A stretch of DNA of 35,806 nucleotides from Beijerinckiaceae bacterium (GTDB lineage Bacteria > Pseudomonadota > Alphaproteobacteria > Rhizobiales > Beijerinckiaceae). The position numbers and the translations under genes were made by a program. The stretch is taken from positions 1 to 35,806 of the forward strand of contig JBIPLL010000001.1 of NCBI GenBank assembly GCA_044368425.1, in the 5' to 3' direction. The notes under the pieces were generated by a model that had not been told where the DNA came from, searched no databases, and saw nothing but the letters and a program-made list of their open reading frames with translations. This document shows, piece after piece, positions 17,567 through 26,610 of the stretch; position 1 is the first letter of the stretch; every line of letters begins with the position of its first letter.

Positions 17567-18271
17567 TCAATGCACGCCAAGGTAACGCTCGAGCGTCGCG
17601 GTATCCGACTGAATCTGTGCGGCCGAGCCCTCGTGCACGATCCGGCCGGTCTCGATCAGGTAGACACGGTCGGCGAGCGCCAGCGCGCTGTAGAGGTTCT
17701 GCTCGACGAGCAGGACGCCGAGGCCCTCGGCGCGCAGGCCCGCGATGACGGTTTCGAGATGCTGGACCATGACCGGGGCAAGCCCTTCGGAGGGCTCGTC
17801 CATCAGGATCAGCTCGGGATCGATGACGAGCGCCCGGCCGACCGCCAGCATCTGGCGCTCGCCGCCGGAGAGCTGGTTGCCGCGATGCTGCCGGCGCTCG
17901 GCCAGCCGCGGGAACGTGTCGAAGATGCGCTCGACCGTCCAGCCCTCCTTCGACGAGGCCGGCTTGAGCATGGTCAGGTGCTCGGTGACGGTCAGCGAGG
18001 GAAAGAGCCGGCGCCCCTGCGGCACCAGCGCGATGCGCCGGCGCGCGATCATGTGGGGCGGAAGGTTGTTCAGCCGCTCGCCCTTGAAGGCGACCTCGCC
18101 CGAACGGACGATGGGCTGGCGCAGGTTCATGATCGAGCGGATCGTCGTGGTCTTGCCCATGCCGTTGCGACCGAGAAGGGCGACGATTTCGCCCGGCGCC
18201 ACGTGGAGGGTGACCCCCTGCAGCACATGAGCCTCGCCGTAATAGGAGTTGATGTCAGTGACCGTCAGCAT
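17567..18271 (-). CDS. ABC transporter ATP-binding protein, LivF-like (HAAT family)
   Basis: Start at ATG 18271 (MLTVTDINSYYG...). Walker A is GRNGMGKTT, the signature is LSGGERQML, and Walker B is LILMDEPSEG. Confidence 0.92.
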   Translation of the reverse strand: MLTVTDINSYYGEAHVLQGVTLHVAPGEIVALLGRNGMGKTTTIRSIMNLRQPIVRSGEVAFKGERLNNLPPHMIARRRIALVPQGRRLFPSLTVTEHLTMLKPASSKEGWTVERIFDTFPRLAERRQHRGNQLSGGERQMLAVGRALVIDPELILMDEPSEGLAPVMVQHLETVIAGLRAEGLGVLLVEQNLYSALALADRVYLIETGRIVHEGSAAQIQSDTATLERYLGVH

Positions 18272-19097
18272 GGGCGCCTCCTTCGACGACGACCTTGTGC
18301 GGCTTGCCCAGATAGACTTCCTGCACGAGCGCATTGGTGCGGATATTGGCGGGCGAATCCTCGACGATCAGCTTTCCGTTCTGCATGACGGTCACGTAGT
18401 CGACGAGGCCGAGCGCCAGGTCCATGTCATGCTCGATGAGAACGACCGTGAGCTCGCGCGGCAAGGCGCGGATGATGTCGGCGAGAAAGCCGCGCTCGAC
18501 AGGAGAGAGTCCCGCTGCCGGCTCATCCAGCAGCAGCAGGCGCGGCTCGGCGACAAGCGCCATCGCCACCTCAAGCTGGCGCTGCTCGCCGTACGACAAT
18601 TCCTTGACGACGACATTCTCACGGCCGCCGAGACGCGAGGCCGACATCGCGGCCTCGACGCGCGCGAGCTGGCGCCCGTCGAGATGATCGTGGCCGAAGA
18701 GCGAGAACTTGGCCGGCGTCAGGCCGCGTGCAGCCAGCCGCATGTTCTCCGCCACGGTCATCTGGCCGAACAGGTTGGTGATCTGGAACGTGCGGGCGAT
18801 GCCCCGATAGGCGCGGGTCTGCGGGGACATCCGGGTGATGTCCTCGCCTGCCAGCAGTATGCGGCCAGATGTCGGCGGAATGGCCCCTGTCATGGCGTTG
18901 AACAGGGTCGTCTTGCCGGCGCCATTGGGGCCGATAACGGCGCGCCGCTCGCCCGGCCGCAGCGACATGGTCACGTTGTCGACGGCCTTCAGCGCGCCGA
19001 ACTGGACGCAGACATCCGTCAGGGAGAGGATGGGATCGGGCAAGGCGAGCCTCTGGAGGGGCTTGAGCTTCCGGGACGGAGGCCCGGCCCGCCTCAT
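18255..19097 (-). CDS. ABC transporter ATP-binding protein, LivG-like (HAAT family)
   Basis: Walker A is GPNGAGKTT, the signature is LSYGEQRQLE, and Walker B is LLLLDEPAAG. The 3' end overlaps the LivF-like start by 17 nt. Confidence 0.92.
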   Translation of the reverse strand: MRRAGPPSRKLKPLQRLALPDPILSLTDVCVQFGALKAVDNVTMSLRPGERRAVIGPNGAGKTTLFNAMTGAIPPTSGRILLAGEDITRMSPQTRAYRGIARTFQITNLFGQMTVAENMRLAARGLTPAKFSLFGHDHLDGRQLARVEAAMSASRLGGRENVVVKELSYGEQRQLEVAMALVAEPRLLLLDEPAAGLSPVERGFLADIIRALPRELTVVLIEHDMDLALGLVDYVTVMQNGKLIVEDSPANIRTNALVQEVYLGKPHKVVVEGGAHADGH

Positions 19098-19141
19098 GGC
19101 GGACCGGGAGGGCGCCAGGTTGTGGCGTCAGTTTGCGGCGA

Positions 19142-20413
19142 TCAGCCCTTCACGCCCTGGAAGGTGCGCGAATAGGGGGGCTGCTTCAGGTAGGTCTCGG
19201 GATCGTATTTCCAGAACTGCGAGACATTGGCGTAGGTCTCGGTCGGGACGTTCCAGAGCTTGCCGTCGGCGCGGCGCTCGACCTTGCGGATATAGGCGTC
19301 GTAGATCGGGTTGCCGTAGGCGTCGAGACGAACGGTCTTGCCGAGCGGCGAGCCGGTGAGTTCGGTCGCGAGCACCATCTTGAGGAGGGCGTCGCGGTCC
19401 TCGACCTTGCCGCCGAGCTTCTTGATGGCCTCGGCCACCCACATGGCGCCCGAGAAATGCGAGAAGCCGTAAATCGACGGGAGCTTGTTGTAGCGCTTCT
19501 CGTAATCCGCGACGAAGGCCTGCGTGATCGGATCCTTCGAGCCTTCCGCGAAATGGGCGCAGGAGACGATGCCCTCGCATTCGGCACCCATCGTGCGGAT
19601 GACCGACTGGTCGGTCGCGTTCATGGCGCCCATCAGCGGGATGCGGCTCTTGAGGCCGAAGCTCGACCATTGCTGGATGAAGCGAGTGGCGTCGGCACCC
19701 GTCTCCATGGCGAAGACGGCATCTACGCCGGAATTGGCGAGCTGGCCGAGATAGGGGCTGAAATCGGCCGTGTTGAGCGGGTGCCAGAACTGCTGCACCA
19801 CGCGACCACCGAGTTCGGACATCATCTGGCTGAAGCCGCCGCACTGCTCATGACCGAAGGTGTAGTCCTGAGAAATCGTGGCGATCCGCTTGTAGCCCTG
19901 CTTGAAGGCCCAGTCGGCCATCGGGCGCGACATCTGGCTTGCGGTATAGCCGGCAACGCGGATGACATTGGGAATGCGCTGGCGCTGCGTGAGGTCGTCG
20001 GCCGCGATGACCGGAATAAAATAGGGCGTGCCGGTGCCCTTGACGTAGTTGGCGACCGCAAGGCCGGTATTGGCCAGGATGTTGCCGAACAGGAAGTGCA
20101 CATTGCCCTGCTCGACGAGGCGACGGGCCTTCTGGAGCGCGGTGTCAGGGTTGGAGGCATCGTCCTCGATGACGATCTCGACCTTGCGGCCGGCGACCTC
20201 CTTGTTGACGGTCTCCCAGTACATCTCGAAGCCCTCGACGAGCTCTCGCCCGCCGGCCGCGATGACGCCCGTGAGCGGCGCGAGAAGGCCGATGCGGATC
20301 GGACCGCCCGAGCCCTGCGCCTTGACGATGGCCGGCATCGGGAAGAGGCCGGCGGCAGCGAGCCCGGCCGTGGATTTCAGGAAGCGGCGACGATCTGTGG
20401 TGTAACGGGTCAT
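19142..20413 (-). CDS. Periplasmic substrate-binding protein, LivK/amide-urea binding family (type I PBP), with a twin-arginine signal peptide
   Basis: The N-terminus is MTRYTTDRRRFLKSTAGLAAAGLFPMPAIVKAQG (Tat consensus RRxFLK, an h-region, and AxA-like cleavage). The mature part is typical of Leu/Ile/Val-binding-protein-like SBPs. GAGGAG lies on the minus strand at 20422..20427. Confidence 0.9.
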   Translation of the reverse strand: MTRYTTDRRRFLKSTAGLAAAGLFPMPAIVKAQGSGGPIRIGLLAPLTGVIAAGGRELVEGFEMYWETVNKEVAGRKVEIVIEDDASNPDTALQKARRLVEQGNVHFLFGNILANTGLAVANYVKGTGTPYFIPVIAADDLTQRQRIPNVIRVAGYTASQMSRPMADWAFKQGYKRIATISQDYTFGHEQCGGFSQMMSELGGRVVQQFWHPLNTADFSPYLGQLANSGVDAVFAMETGADATRFIQQWSSFGLKSRIPLMGAMNATDQSVIRTMGAECEGIVSCAHFAEGSKDPITQAFVADYEKRYNKLPSIYGFSHFSGAMWVAEAIKKLGGKVEDRDALLKMVLATELTGSPLGKTVRLDAYGNPIYDAYIRKVERRADGKLWNVPTETYANVSQFWKYDPETYLKQPPYSRTFQGVKG

Positions 20414-20446
20414 GGCTCTGTTCTCCTCTGGAACGGTCGGTTCTCG

Positions 20447-21436
20447 TTATGCGGGCCCGCTCTTGTCGGACGGGTTGTTGCTGGACAGGTTCTTGCCGGG
20501 CAGGTTCTTGCTGTTTCTGGCAGCCAGGATCAGGCGTGCCTTTCCGACGACACCCTCGGGGGCGAAGATCATTATGAGAATGAAGGTGAAGCCGAGCACC
20601 ATCAGCCAGCGCTCCGTATAGGCGCTGACCATCTGCTCCAGCATGATGATCAGGAAGGCGCCGACAAAGGAGCCGAACAGCGTGCCGATGCCGCCGACGA
20701 TGGCCATCAGGAGGCCCTCGACCGACTGCGCCAGCTGGACCGTGGACGGGCTGACGAAGTCGTTGAACACGGCATAGAGCGCGCCGGCCACGCCCGCGAA
20801 GAAGCCCGATGCCGTGAAGGCCAGCGTCAGGTGCACCGGCACGTTGTAGCCGAGGCTGGCCATGCGGCTCTCGCTGTCCTTGATGCCGCGCAGCGTCAGG
20901 CCGAAGGGCGAGCGCACGAAGCGCCACATCACGAAGGTCAGCACCGCCACAAAGGCCGCCACGATCAGGTAGAGTGTGACAGGGTCGCTCAGCGCACCGG
21001 TGCGCAGCTGGCCGCGCAGGCCGTTCTCTCCGCCGGTCACCTGGGTCCAGCGCAGACAGATGCCCCAGACGATCAGCCCGAGCGCCAGAGTCAACAGCAG
21101 GAAATAGACGCCGGATGTGCGGACCGCGAGCATGCCGAACAGGGCCGCCAACGCGGTTGCCGCAAGGATGCCGAGCACGAAGGCCATGGGCAAAGGCAGG
21201 CCCATCACGGTCACCGTGTAGACCACGACATAGGTCGAGGTGCCGAAGATGGCGCCGTGGCAGAGGGGCGTGCGACCCGTGAAGCCCGCGAGGATATCGA
21301 CCGCCATGGCCAGCACGGCGAAGATCAGGATCTCCGTCGCCACGCTGACATAGTAGGTCGGCAGGACGAAAGGCACGAGCGCGATGGCGAGCGCCAGGAC
21401 GATGATGAGCGGGGCTGTGAACGCACGGGACATCAC
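20447..21436 (-). CDS. ABC transporter permease, LivM-like
   Basis: A polytopic hydrophobic 329-aa ORF. The start is either GTG 21436 (GTGA overlap with the upstream stop) or ATG 21433. It has a hydrophilic C-terminal extension ...ARNSKNLPGKNLSSNNPSDKSGPA. Confidence 0.88.
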   Translation of the reverse strand: MMSRAFTAPLIIVLALAIALVPFVLPTYYVSVATEILIFAVLAMAVDILAGFTGRTPLCHGAIFGTSTYVVVYTVTVMGLPLPMAFVLGILAATALAALFGMLAVRTSGVYFLLLTLALGLIVWGICLRWTQVTGGENGLRGQLRTGALSDPVTLYLIVAAFVAVLTFVMWRFVRSPFGLTLRGIKDSESRMASLGYNVPVHLTLAFTASGFFAGVAGALYAVFNDFVSPSTVQLAQSVEGLLMAIVGGIGTLFGSFVGAFLIIMLEQMVSAYTERWLMVLGFTFILIMIFAPEGVVGKARLILAARNSKNLPGKNLSSNNPSDKSGPA

Positions 21437-22284
21437 GCCGCCTTTCCGAAAAGACCGAGGGGGCGGAAGGCGAGGAGAACCGCCATCGGGCCGAAGATCA
21501 CGAAATAGGCGAGCTCCGGAAACCAGACCTGCCCGAACGTGTTGAGAAGGCCGATCAGCAGCGAGCCAATGGCCGCGCCGACGAGGCTGCCGCGCCCGCC
21601 GATGATCACGACGGCGAGGCTGAAGACGAGGATCTCGGCATCGGCCGAGGGGTAGAGCGCAAGGAAGGCGCCCCCCAGGAGCCCGCCAAGGCCCGCCAGA
21701 GCCGAGCCCAGCATGAAGGTGATGAGGAAGATGCGGCGAATGTCGATGCCGCAGGCCTGCACCGTCTCCGCATCGTCGACACCGGCCCGGATCAGCGCGC
21801 CCAGCCGCGTCTTGTTGAGCAGCAGCCAGAGCGCGACGAAAACAACCACGCCGACGAACAGCACGAAGATGCGGAAGCGGGGATAGAACAGCCCGCCGAT
21901 CTGGACCGCACCCTGGAGCCAGGCGGGTGTCGCGACCGTGAAGGTGTCACCGCCCCAGATGACGAGGGCGAGGTCGTTCAGAACGAAGGCGACGCCGAGC
22001 GTCAAAAGCACCTGACGCAATTCGAAGCCGCGCACGAAGCGCAACAGGCCCTGATCCAGCGCCAGACCTGCCAGGGCGACAAAGACCATCGCGCCGAGGC
22101 CGGCGAGGAAGAAGCTGCCGGTGAGCTGACCGATCGTGTAGCCGATATAGCCGCCGAACAGGTAGAGCGCGCCATGGGCCAGATTGACGATGCGCAGGAG
22201 CCCGAAGATCAGCGTGAACCCGGAGGCCACCACGAAGAGCAGGGCCGCGAAGGTCAGGCCGTTCATGATCTGGAAGGCCATCAT
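21433..22284 (-). CDS. ABC transporter permease, LivH-like
   Basis: A polytopic hydrophobic 283-aa ORF (MMAFQIMNGLTFAALLFVVASGFTLIFG...), typical of a LivH N-terminus. A GGGGAG SD lies inside the 3' end of the upstream gene. Confidence 0.9.
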   Translation of the reverse strand: MMAFQIMNGLTFAALLFVVASGFTLIFGLLRIVNLAHGALYLFGGYIGYTIGQLTGSFFLAGLGAMVFVALAGLALDQGLLRFVRGFELRQVLLTLGVAFVLNDLALVIWGGDTFTVATPAWLQGAVQIGGLFYPRFRIFVLFVGVVVFVALWLLLNKTRLGALIRAGVDDAETVQACGIDIRRIFLITFMLGSALAGLGGLLGGAFLALYPSADAEILVFSLAVVIIGGRGSLVGAAIGSLLIGLLNTFGQVWFPELAYFVIFGPMAVLLAFRPLGLFGKAA

Positions 22285-22289
22285 GGCGG

Positions 22290-23180
22290 TCAGGCTCCCC
22301 CGTTCAGGCGGCGACGCTCGCCGGCATGCCAGTCGAAGATCTGCTCGCCCGTCCAGAACACGACGTCGGGCACATGGCGGATGCGCTCAAGGATCTGGCG
22401 GAAATAGGTCAGCCGGTGCGGTGCACCCATGATGTAGGGATGCAGCACCAGCGCCATGACGCGTGCGCCGTGGCGGGCGTCGTGATGGAGTTGTGCGAAC
22501 TGGTCGAGCGCGCGATCGCGGTATTCCGAGGCCTTGTGATGCTGGATGAGCATCATGGCGACGTCGTTGCATTCCTGCGTGTAGGGGATGTTGACGATCT
22601 CGCCGCCATCGCGCGTGCGCAGGAGCGTTGGCTGGTCATCCAGCACCCAGTCGCAGACATAATCATAGCCGGCTTCCTTCAGGAGGTCCGGCGTGTGCCA
22701 GGTCTCGGTGAGGCCCGGCCCCAGCCAGCCGCGCGGGCGCTTGCCGGTGAAGCCTTCGATGGCGCGCGTGGTGCGCTCGATGTCGAGCGCCTCGTTCTCG
22801 ACCTTCTGCATATTCTTCTGGGTGTAGCCGTGGCCGATGAATTCCCAGTTCCGCTCGTGCGCGGCCTGTGCGATGGGGCGATAGGTCTCGATGGCCGAGC
22901 CATTGATGGCAAGCACGGCCGGAATGTCGAAATCGTCGAAGACCTCGAGCATGCGCCAGAAGCCGACGCGATTGCCATATTCGTGCCAGGCCCAGTTCGG
23001 GATGTCGGGCATCGGCGAACCGCCGGCGGGCGGGGTCAGCACGGTGCGGGGCATCGGCGCATTGATGTCCCATTCCTCGACATTGACGATGACCCAGACC
23101 GCCAGCCGCGCTCCGCCGGGCAGTTCGAGCCGGGGGCGGGCCGAGATGGCCGAAAAGTCGATGCGCTCCTTCGGCTTCAT
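22290..23180 (-). CDS. Polysaccharide deacetylase-fold (PuuE allantoinase-like) hydrolase, paralog 1
   Basis: 296-aa ORF whose ATG at 23180 overlaps the FAH stop (ATGA). It shares conserved blocks with the paralog at 23875..24777: VW.IVN.E.WDI, NW.WHEYG.RVG.WR, WEF.GH.Y.Q, FTGKRP.GWLGPGLT.T..TPD, LPYT.ECND..MM..QHH, and HPYI.G.PHR..Y. Confidence 0.8.
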   Translation of the reverse strand: MKPKERIDFSAISARPRLELPGGARLAVWVIVNVEEWDINAPMPRTVLTPPAGGSPMPDIPNWAWHEYGNRVGFWRMLEVFDDFDIPAVLAINGSAIETYRPIAQAAHERNWEFIGHGYTQKNMQKVENEALDIERTTRAIEGFTGKRPRGWLGPGLTETWHTPDLLKEAGYDYVCDWVLDDQPTLLRTRDGGEIVNIPYTQECNDVAMMLIQHHKASEYRDRALDQFAQLHHDARHGARVMALVLHPYIMGAPHRLTYFRQILERIRHVPDVVFWTGEQIFDWHAGERRRLNGGA

Positions 23181-23878
23181 GCCGGCGCTCCGATCGTGAT
23201 GCGCAGGGGCGGCAGGCCGTCGACGGAGGCTTCGAGGACGTCGCCGGCGACGACGGCACCCACGCCCTCGGGCGTGCCCGTCATGATGATGTCGCCAGCC
23301 TCAAGCCGGTAATGCTCGGAGAGTTTGGAGACAATCTCGGGCACCGACCATGTCATGTGCGCAATGGTGGAGGACTGGCGCACCGCGCCATTGACCACAA
23401 GCCTGATGGCCCGATCGCCGCGATGGCCGACCTCGCTTGCCAAAGCCAGCGCGCCGCAGGGCCCGGAATGGTCGAAGGCCTTGCCCATCTCCCAGGGCCA
23501 GCCCTTATCCTTGGCGATTGTCTGGAGATCGCGCCGGGTCATGTCGAGGCCGACGCCATAGGCGAGAACGTGGTCGAGCGCGCGGGCCTGCGGGATGCGG
23601 GAGCCGCCCTTGCCGATGGCGACGACGAGTTCCACCTCGTGATGGAGCGACGAGGTCAGCGACGGATAGGGCACGATGCCGCCGTCATGCACGATGGAAT
23701 CGCGCGGCTTCTGGAAGAAGAAGGGCGGATCGCGCTCGTCTGCCCCCTCGTTCATCTCGCGCACATGCGCGAGATAGTTGCGGCCGACGCAGTAGATGCG
23801 GCGCACAGGAAAGGCGGACTGGTGGCCCGCGATCGGCAGCGAGACCGTCGCCGGGGGCGGAAGGACGAAGCCGCTCAC
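23177..23878 (-). CDS. Fumarylacetoacetate hydrolase (FAH) family protein
   Basis: The probable start is GTG 23878 (VSGFVLPPP...), forming a GTGA overlap with the upstream stop at 23875. The longer track ORF carries an Arg/Pro-rich artefactual N-terminus. FAH-type blocks include RRIYCVGRNYLAHVREM, PPFFFQKP, HHEVELVVAIGK and GDIIMTGTPEGVG. Confidence 0.88.
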   Translation of the reverse strand: MSGFVLPPPATVSLPIAGHQSAFPVRRIYCVGRNYLAHVREMNEGADERDPPFFFQKPRDSIVHDGGIVPYPSLTSSLHHEVELVVAIGKGGSRIPQARALDHVLAYGVGLDMTRRDLQTIAKDKGWPWEMGKAFDHSGPCGALALASEVGHRGDRAIRLVVNGAVRQSSTIAHMTWSVPEIVSKLSEHYRLEAGDIIMTGTPEGVGAVVAGDVLEASVDGLPPLRITIGAPA

Positions 23879-24777
23879 GGGTGCACCTTCGCGATGTCGT
23901 TGTACCAGTCGTAGATCTGTTCGCCGTTCCAGTGGATGACGCCGGGATGCGAGTTGATGTGCTCGTAGATCTCCTCGAGGTACCTGATGCGGTGCGGCTG
24001 GCCCGAAATGTAGGGATGGATGGCGATCGCCATGATCCGGGGACGCTGCGCGCCTTCCTGCCAGAGGCGATCGAACTGGTCGCAGCAGCGCTTCTTCCAG
24101 TATTCCGACTCGTGGTGCTGGACGATCATCATCGGGATGTCGTTGCACTCGACCGTATAGGGCAGCGTGACGAGCGGGCCGTTCGTGGTGCGGATCACCG
24201 TCGGCTCGTCGTCATAGACCCAGTCGCCGATATACTTGACGCCCGCGCCGGCCAGGATGTCGGGCGTGTCGTAGGTCTGGGTCAGGCCGGGCCCAAGCCA
24301 GCCCACCGGCCGCTTGCCGGTGAAGTCGCTGATCACGTCCATCGAGCGATGGATCATGGCCTTCTGGTCATCGATCTTGTGGATCGGCATCTGCTCATAG
24401 GCGTGGCCCATGAATTCCCAGCCGCAATCGCGCGCCTCGGCAGCCACGCGCTCGTAATCCTTGCAGACGCGGGCGTTGATCGAGAGCGTCGGGCGCAGGC
24501 CCAGCCGCTTGTAGAGATCGAAGAAGCGCCAGACGCCCACGCGCATGCCGTATTCGTGCCAGCTCCAGTTGGCGACATCGGGCAGAAGCACCTGCCCGGT
24601 CGGGGCCGGGATAACCTGCCGGGCCATGGCCCGGGCGATATCCCAGACCTCGAGATTGACGATGCTCCAGACGATGATGCGACCGTCATCGGGCAGCTTC
24701 AGCGGCGGCCGGTCGACGATGGCGGAATATGCGTTCCGCTGGCCCGGCAGCATCGCGTTGTTGGGGTTGTCCGACAT
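23875..24777 (-). CDS. Polysaccharide deacetylase-fold (PuuE allantoinase-like) hydrolase, paralog 2
   Basis: 300-aa ORF. A GGAGAT SD lies in the 16-nt spacer after the OsmC-like stop. It is alignable by eye with paralog 1 over its whole length. Confidence 0.8.
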   Translation of the reverse strand: MSDNPNNAMLPGQRNAYSAIVDRPPLKLPDDGRIIVWSIVNLEVWDIARAMARQVIPAPTGQVLLPDVANWSWHEYGMRVGVWRFFDLYKRLGLRPTLSINARVCKDYERVAAEARDCGWEFMGHAYEQMPIHKIDDQKAMIHRSMDVISDFTGKRPVGWLGPGLTQTYDTPDILAGAGVKYIGDWVYDDEPTVIRTTNGPLVTLPYTVECNDIPMMIVQHHESEYWKKRCCDQFDRLWQEGAQRPRIMAIAIHPYISGQPHRIRYLEEIYEHINSHPGVIHWNGEQIYDWYNDIAKVHP

Positions 24778-24793
24778 GCCCGAAATCTCCAGC

Positions 24794-25282
24794 TCAATGC
24801 GCGGGCGCCGCAGTGGCGCCCCTGTATTCGATGGTCCAGCTGTCCTCGATGACCGACCCTGCCTGGGTCAGGATCACCGACATCGGGCAGCGCAGCTTCA
24901 GTTCGCGGCGCAGGTCGTCCATGGCCGCCTCATCGGCGCTCGTGACGGCCTGAATGGCCAGCTCGATCTTCGGAAAGGGCACCGGCACGTCGGCCTCAAG
25001 GTCGATGCCGCGATGGTCGAGATGACCCACGCAGCCGATGCGCGCGATCTTCAGGTCGATGCCCTTTTCGTGGGCGATACGGCGGGAAATCACGTTGGTG
25101 CAGGCGATGAGCGCGCCGAGCATCGTCTCAAGCGGGGTCTGAGCCACGTCCGTACCGTGGCGATAGGGCGGCTCGTCGATGACGAAGGAGTGCTTGCGCA
25201 CCCGGATCTCGGTGAGGCTCATCGTCGGGCAATGGCCCTCAAGCTCGACGCGAATGATCGGCTTCGTCCGGACCGTGCTCAT
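24794..25282 (-). CDS. OsmC/Ohr-family protein (thiol peroxidase-like fold)
   Basis: 162 aa. Both family Cys contexts are present (GALIACTNVI and LKLRCPMSVIL). The ATG overlaps the upstream stop (ATGA at 25279..25282). Confidence 0.8.
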   Translation of the reverse strand: MSTVRTKPIIRVELEGHCPTMSLTEIRVRKHSFVIDEPPYRHGTDVAQTPLETMLGALIACTNVISRRIAHEKGIDLKIARIGCVGHLDHRGIDLEADVPVPFPKIELAIQAVTSADEAAMDDLRRELKLRCPMSVILTQAGSVIEDSWTIEYRGATAAPAH

Positions 25283-25956
25283 GCCGCCACCTTTTTGAGT
25301 TCAGCGATGGCCGGGGCCAGGAACTGTTCGAGATTGGTGTAGAGGAAGCGGGCGCCGCGCCCGATCCAGTCGCCCGCGTTCGCGGTCGTCACAGGCAGGC
25401 CGAAGGGCTTTCCGAGCGCTGAAACCTGCGCGGCGCTGTCGCGGACGGCCTCCTGCAGGGAGGGGCGCGTGGTGTCCCCGGAAAAGCCCATGGAATGGGC
25501 GAGGTCGTTGGGGCCGATCAGGACGAGATCGACGTCGTGATGGCCGGCAATGGCGGCAAGTTCACCGCGACCCGCGACGCTCTCGATCTGGGCGATGAGA
25601 AACGTGCCGGAGCGGTCGCCCTTGCCGAAGATGCGCGCCACAGAGCCCATCCGCTCGCAGGTCGCGGCGCTCTCGACCTGCGGCACGACGAGGCCGTCAA
25701 TGCCGCAATCGAGATAACGCAGCAGGATCGCAGCCTCCGCGCTCTCGGAGCGCACGACGCAGGAGAGGCCGGCGGCACGGGCAGCCCGCGCCAGCATCGG
25801 CACGCTGTCGACGGAGATCGGCGTGCGCTCGCAGTCGATGAACAGGCAATCGGCTCCGCCGCGCGCGATCATGTCGATCACGGGCAGCGCCACGCCACCG
25901 GCATTGACCGCCAGCACGGGGCGGCCGGAGGCAAGCGATTGCCGCAGGCGGTTCAT
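25279..25956 (-). CDS. HpcH/HpaI aldolase / citrate-lyase beta-like family protein
   Basis: The start is ATG 25956 (MNRLRQSLASGRPVLAV...), forming a TGATG overlap with the upstream stop. Family-like blocks are DCLFIDCERTPIS, GLVVPQVESA, LIAQIESV and VLIGPNDLAHSMG. Confidence 0.8.
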   Translation of the reverse strand: MNRLRQSLASGRPVLAVNAGGVALPVIDMIARGGADCLFIDCERTPISVDSVPMLARAARAAGLSCVVRSESAEAAILLRYLDCGIDGLVVPQVESAATCERMGSVARIFGKGDRSGTFLIAQIESVAGRGELAAIAGHHDVDLVLIGPNDLAHSMGFSGDTTRPSLQEAVRDSAAQVSALGKPFGLPVTTANAGDWIGRGARFLYTNLEQFLAPAIAELKKVAA

Positions 25957-26597
25957 CAGGCGGCGCTCCTCTTGCGCCCGACGAGGGCGAGTGCGTCGCG
26001 CGATGCCATCACATGCGCAAAAGCCGTGCGCAGGCACAGGAGGGCCGCCTCGTGATGGGCGGGGCCGTCCATCGTGTCGACGCAGTCCTCGACGACGATG
26101 ACCGAGTAGTCACGGACATTGGCGGCGCAGGCGGTCGCCAGCACACAGCTATTGGTGTTGATGCCGGTCAGCAGCACGGCATTGATGCCGTGCGTGCGCA
26201 GGGTCGTGTCGAGGTCGGTGCCCTGGAAGCAGTCGTAGCGCTTCTTGGTATCCACGATCATGTCGCCCGGCTGGTGCAGGCCCGGCATGATCGTGCAGCC
26301 GGGCGAGCCCATCAGGTTGTGGCGCAGCACGTTCTTGCGGGTGGCGTTCGGGTCCTCGGCGCGGGTGCGCCAGAATGGGTTGGCGCGGATCTCCTCCACA
26401 TCGCGGTAGGTCGTGACGACGTGCACGACCGGAATGCCCAGAGGACGCGCGGCATCGAAGAAGGCGCGGTTGGCCGCGATGAGACGTGCGGCCACGTCGG
26501 CAGGCGCCGGCATGGTCGCCACGGCCGGGTCGAGATGGCCCCGGTGACAATCGATGGCCACGATGGCCGGGCGGATGGTGTCGAGACCGAGATTCAT
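25956..26597 (-). CDS. Isochorismatase-family cysteine hydrolase (amidase type)
   Basis: 213 aa. The Asp-Lys-Cys triad contexts are VAIDCHRGHLD, DTKKRYDCF and LLTGINTNSCVLATA. Confidence 0.88.
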   Translation of the reverse strand: MNLGLDTIRPAIVAIDCHRGHLDPAVATMPAPADVAARLIAANRAFFDAARPLGIPVVHVVTTYRDVEEIRANPFWRTRAEDPNATRKNVLRHNLMGSPGCTIMPGLHQPGDMIVDTKKRYDCFQGTDLDTTLRTHGINAVLLTGINTNSCVLATACAANVRDYSVIVVEDCVDTMDGPAHHEAALLCLRTAFAHVMASRDALALVGRKRSAA

Positions 26598-26610
26598 CGT
26601 CGCCTCTCCC

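Noticed and set aside
20486-20511. Near-tandem duplication CAGGTTCTTGC ... CAGGTTCTTGC at the 3' end of the LivM-like gene
   Set aside because: It encodes a short KNLPGKNLS duplication in a hydrophilic C-terminal extension. It is small, in frame and of no evident regulatory consequence.
19133-21508. 791-aa plus-strand ORF across the SBP and permease genes; similarly 33033..35009 (658 aa) and 13471..14793 (440 aa)
   Set aside because: They are antisense to genes with clear family motifs (Tat-SBP, LivM, ACAD/SDR, Mo-hydroxylase). Composition is low-complexity Arg/Gly/Asp/Ala.
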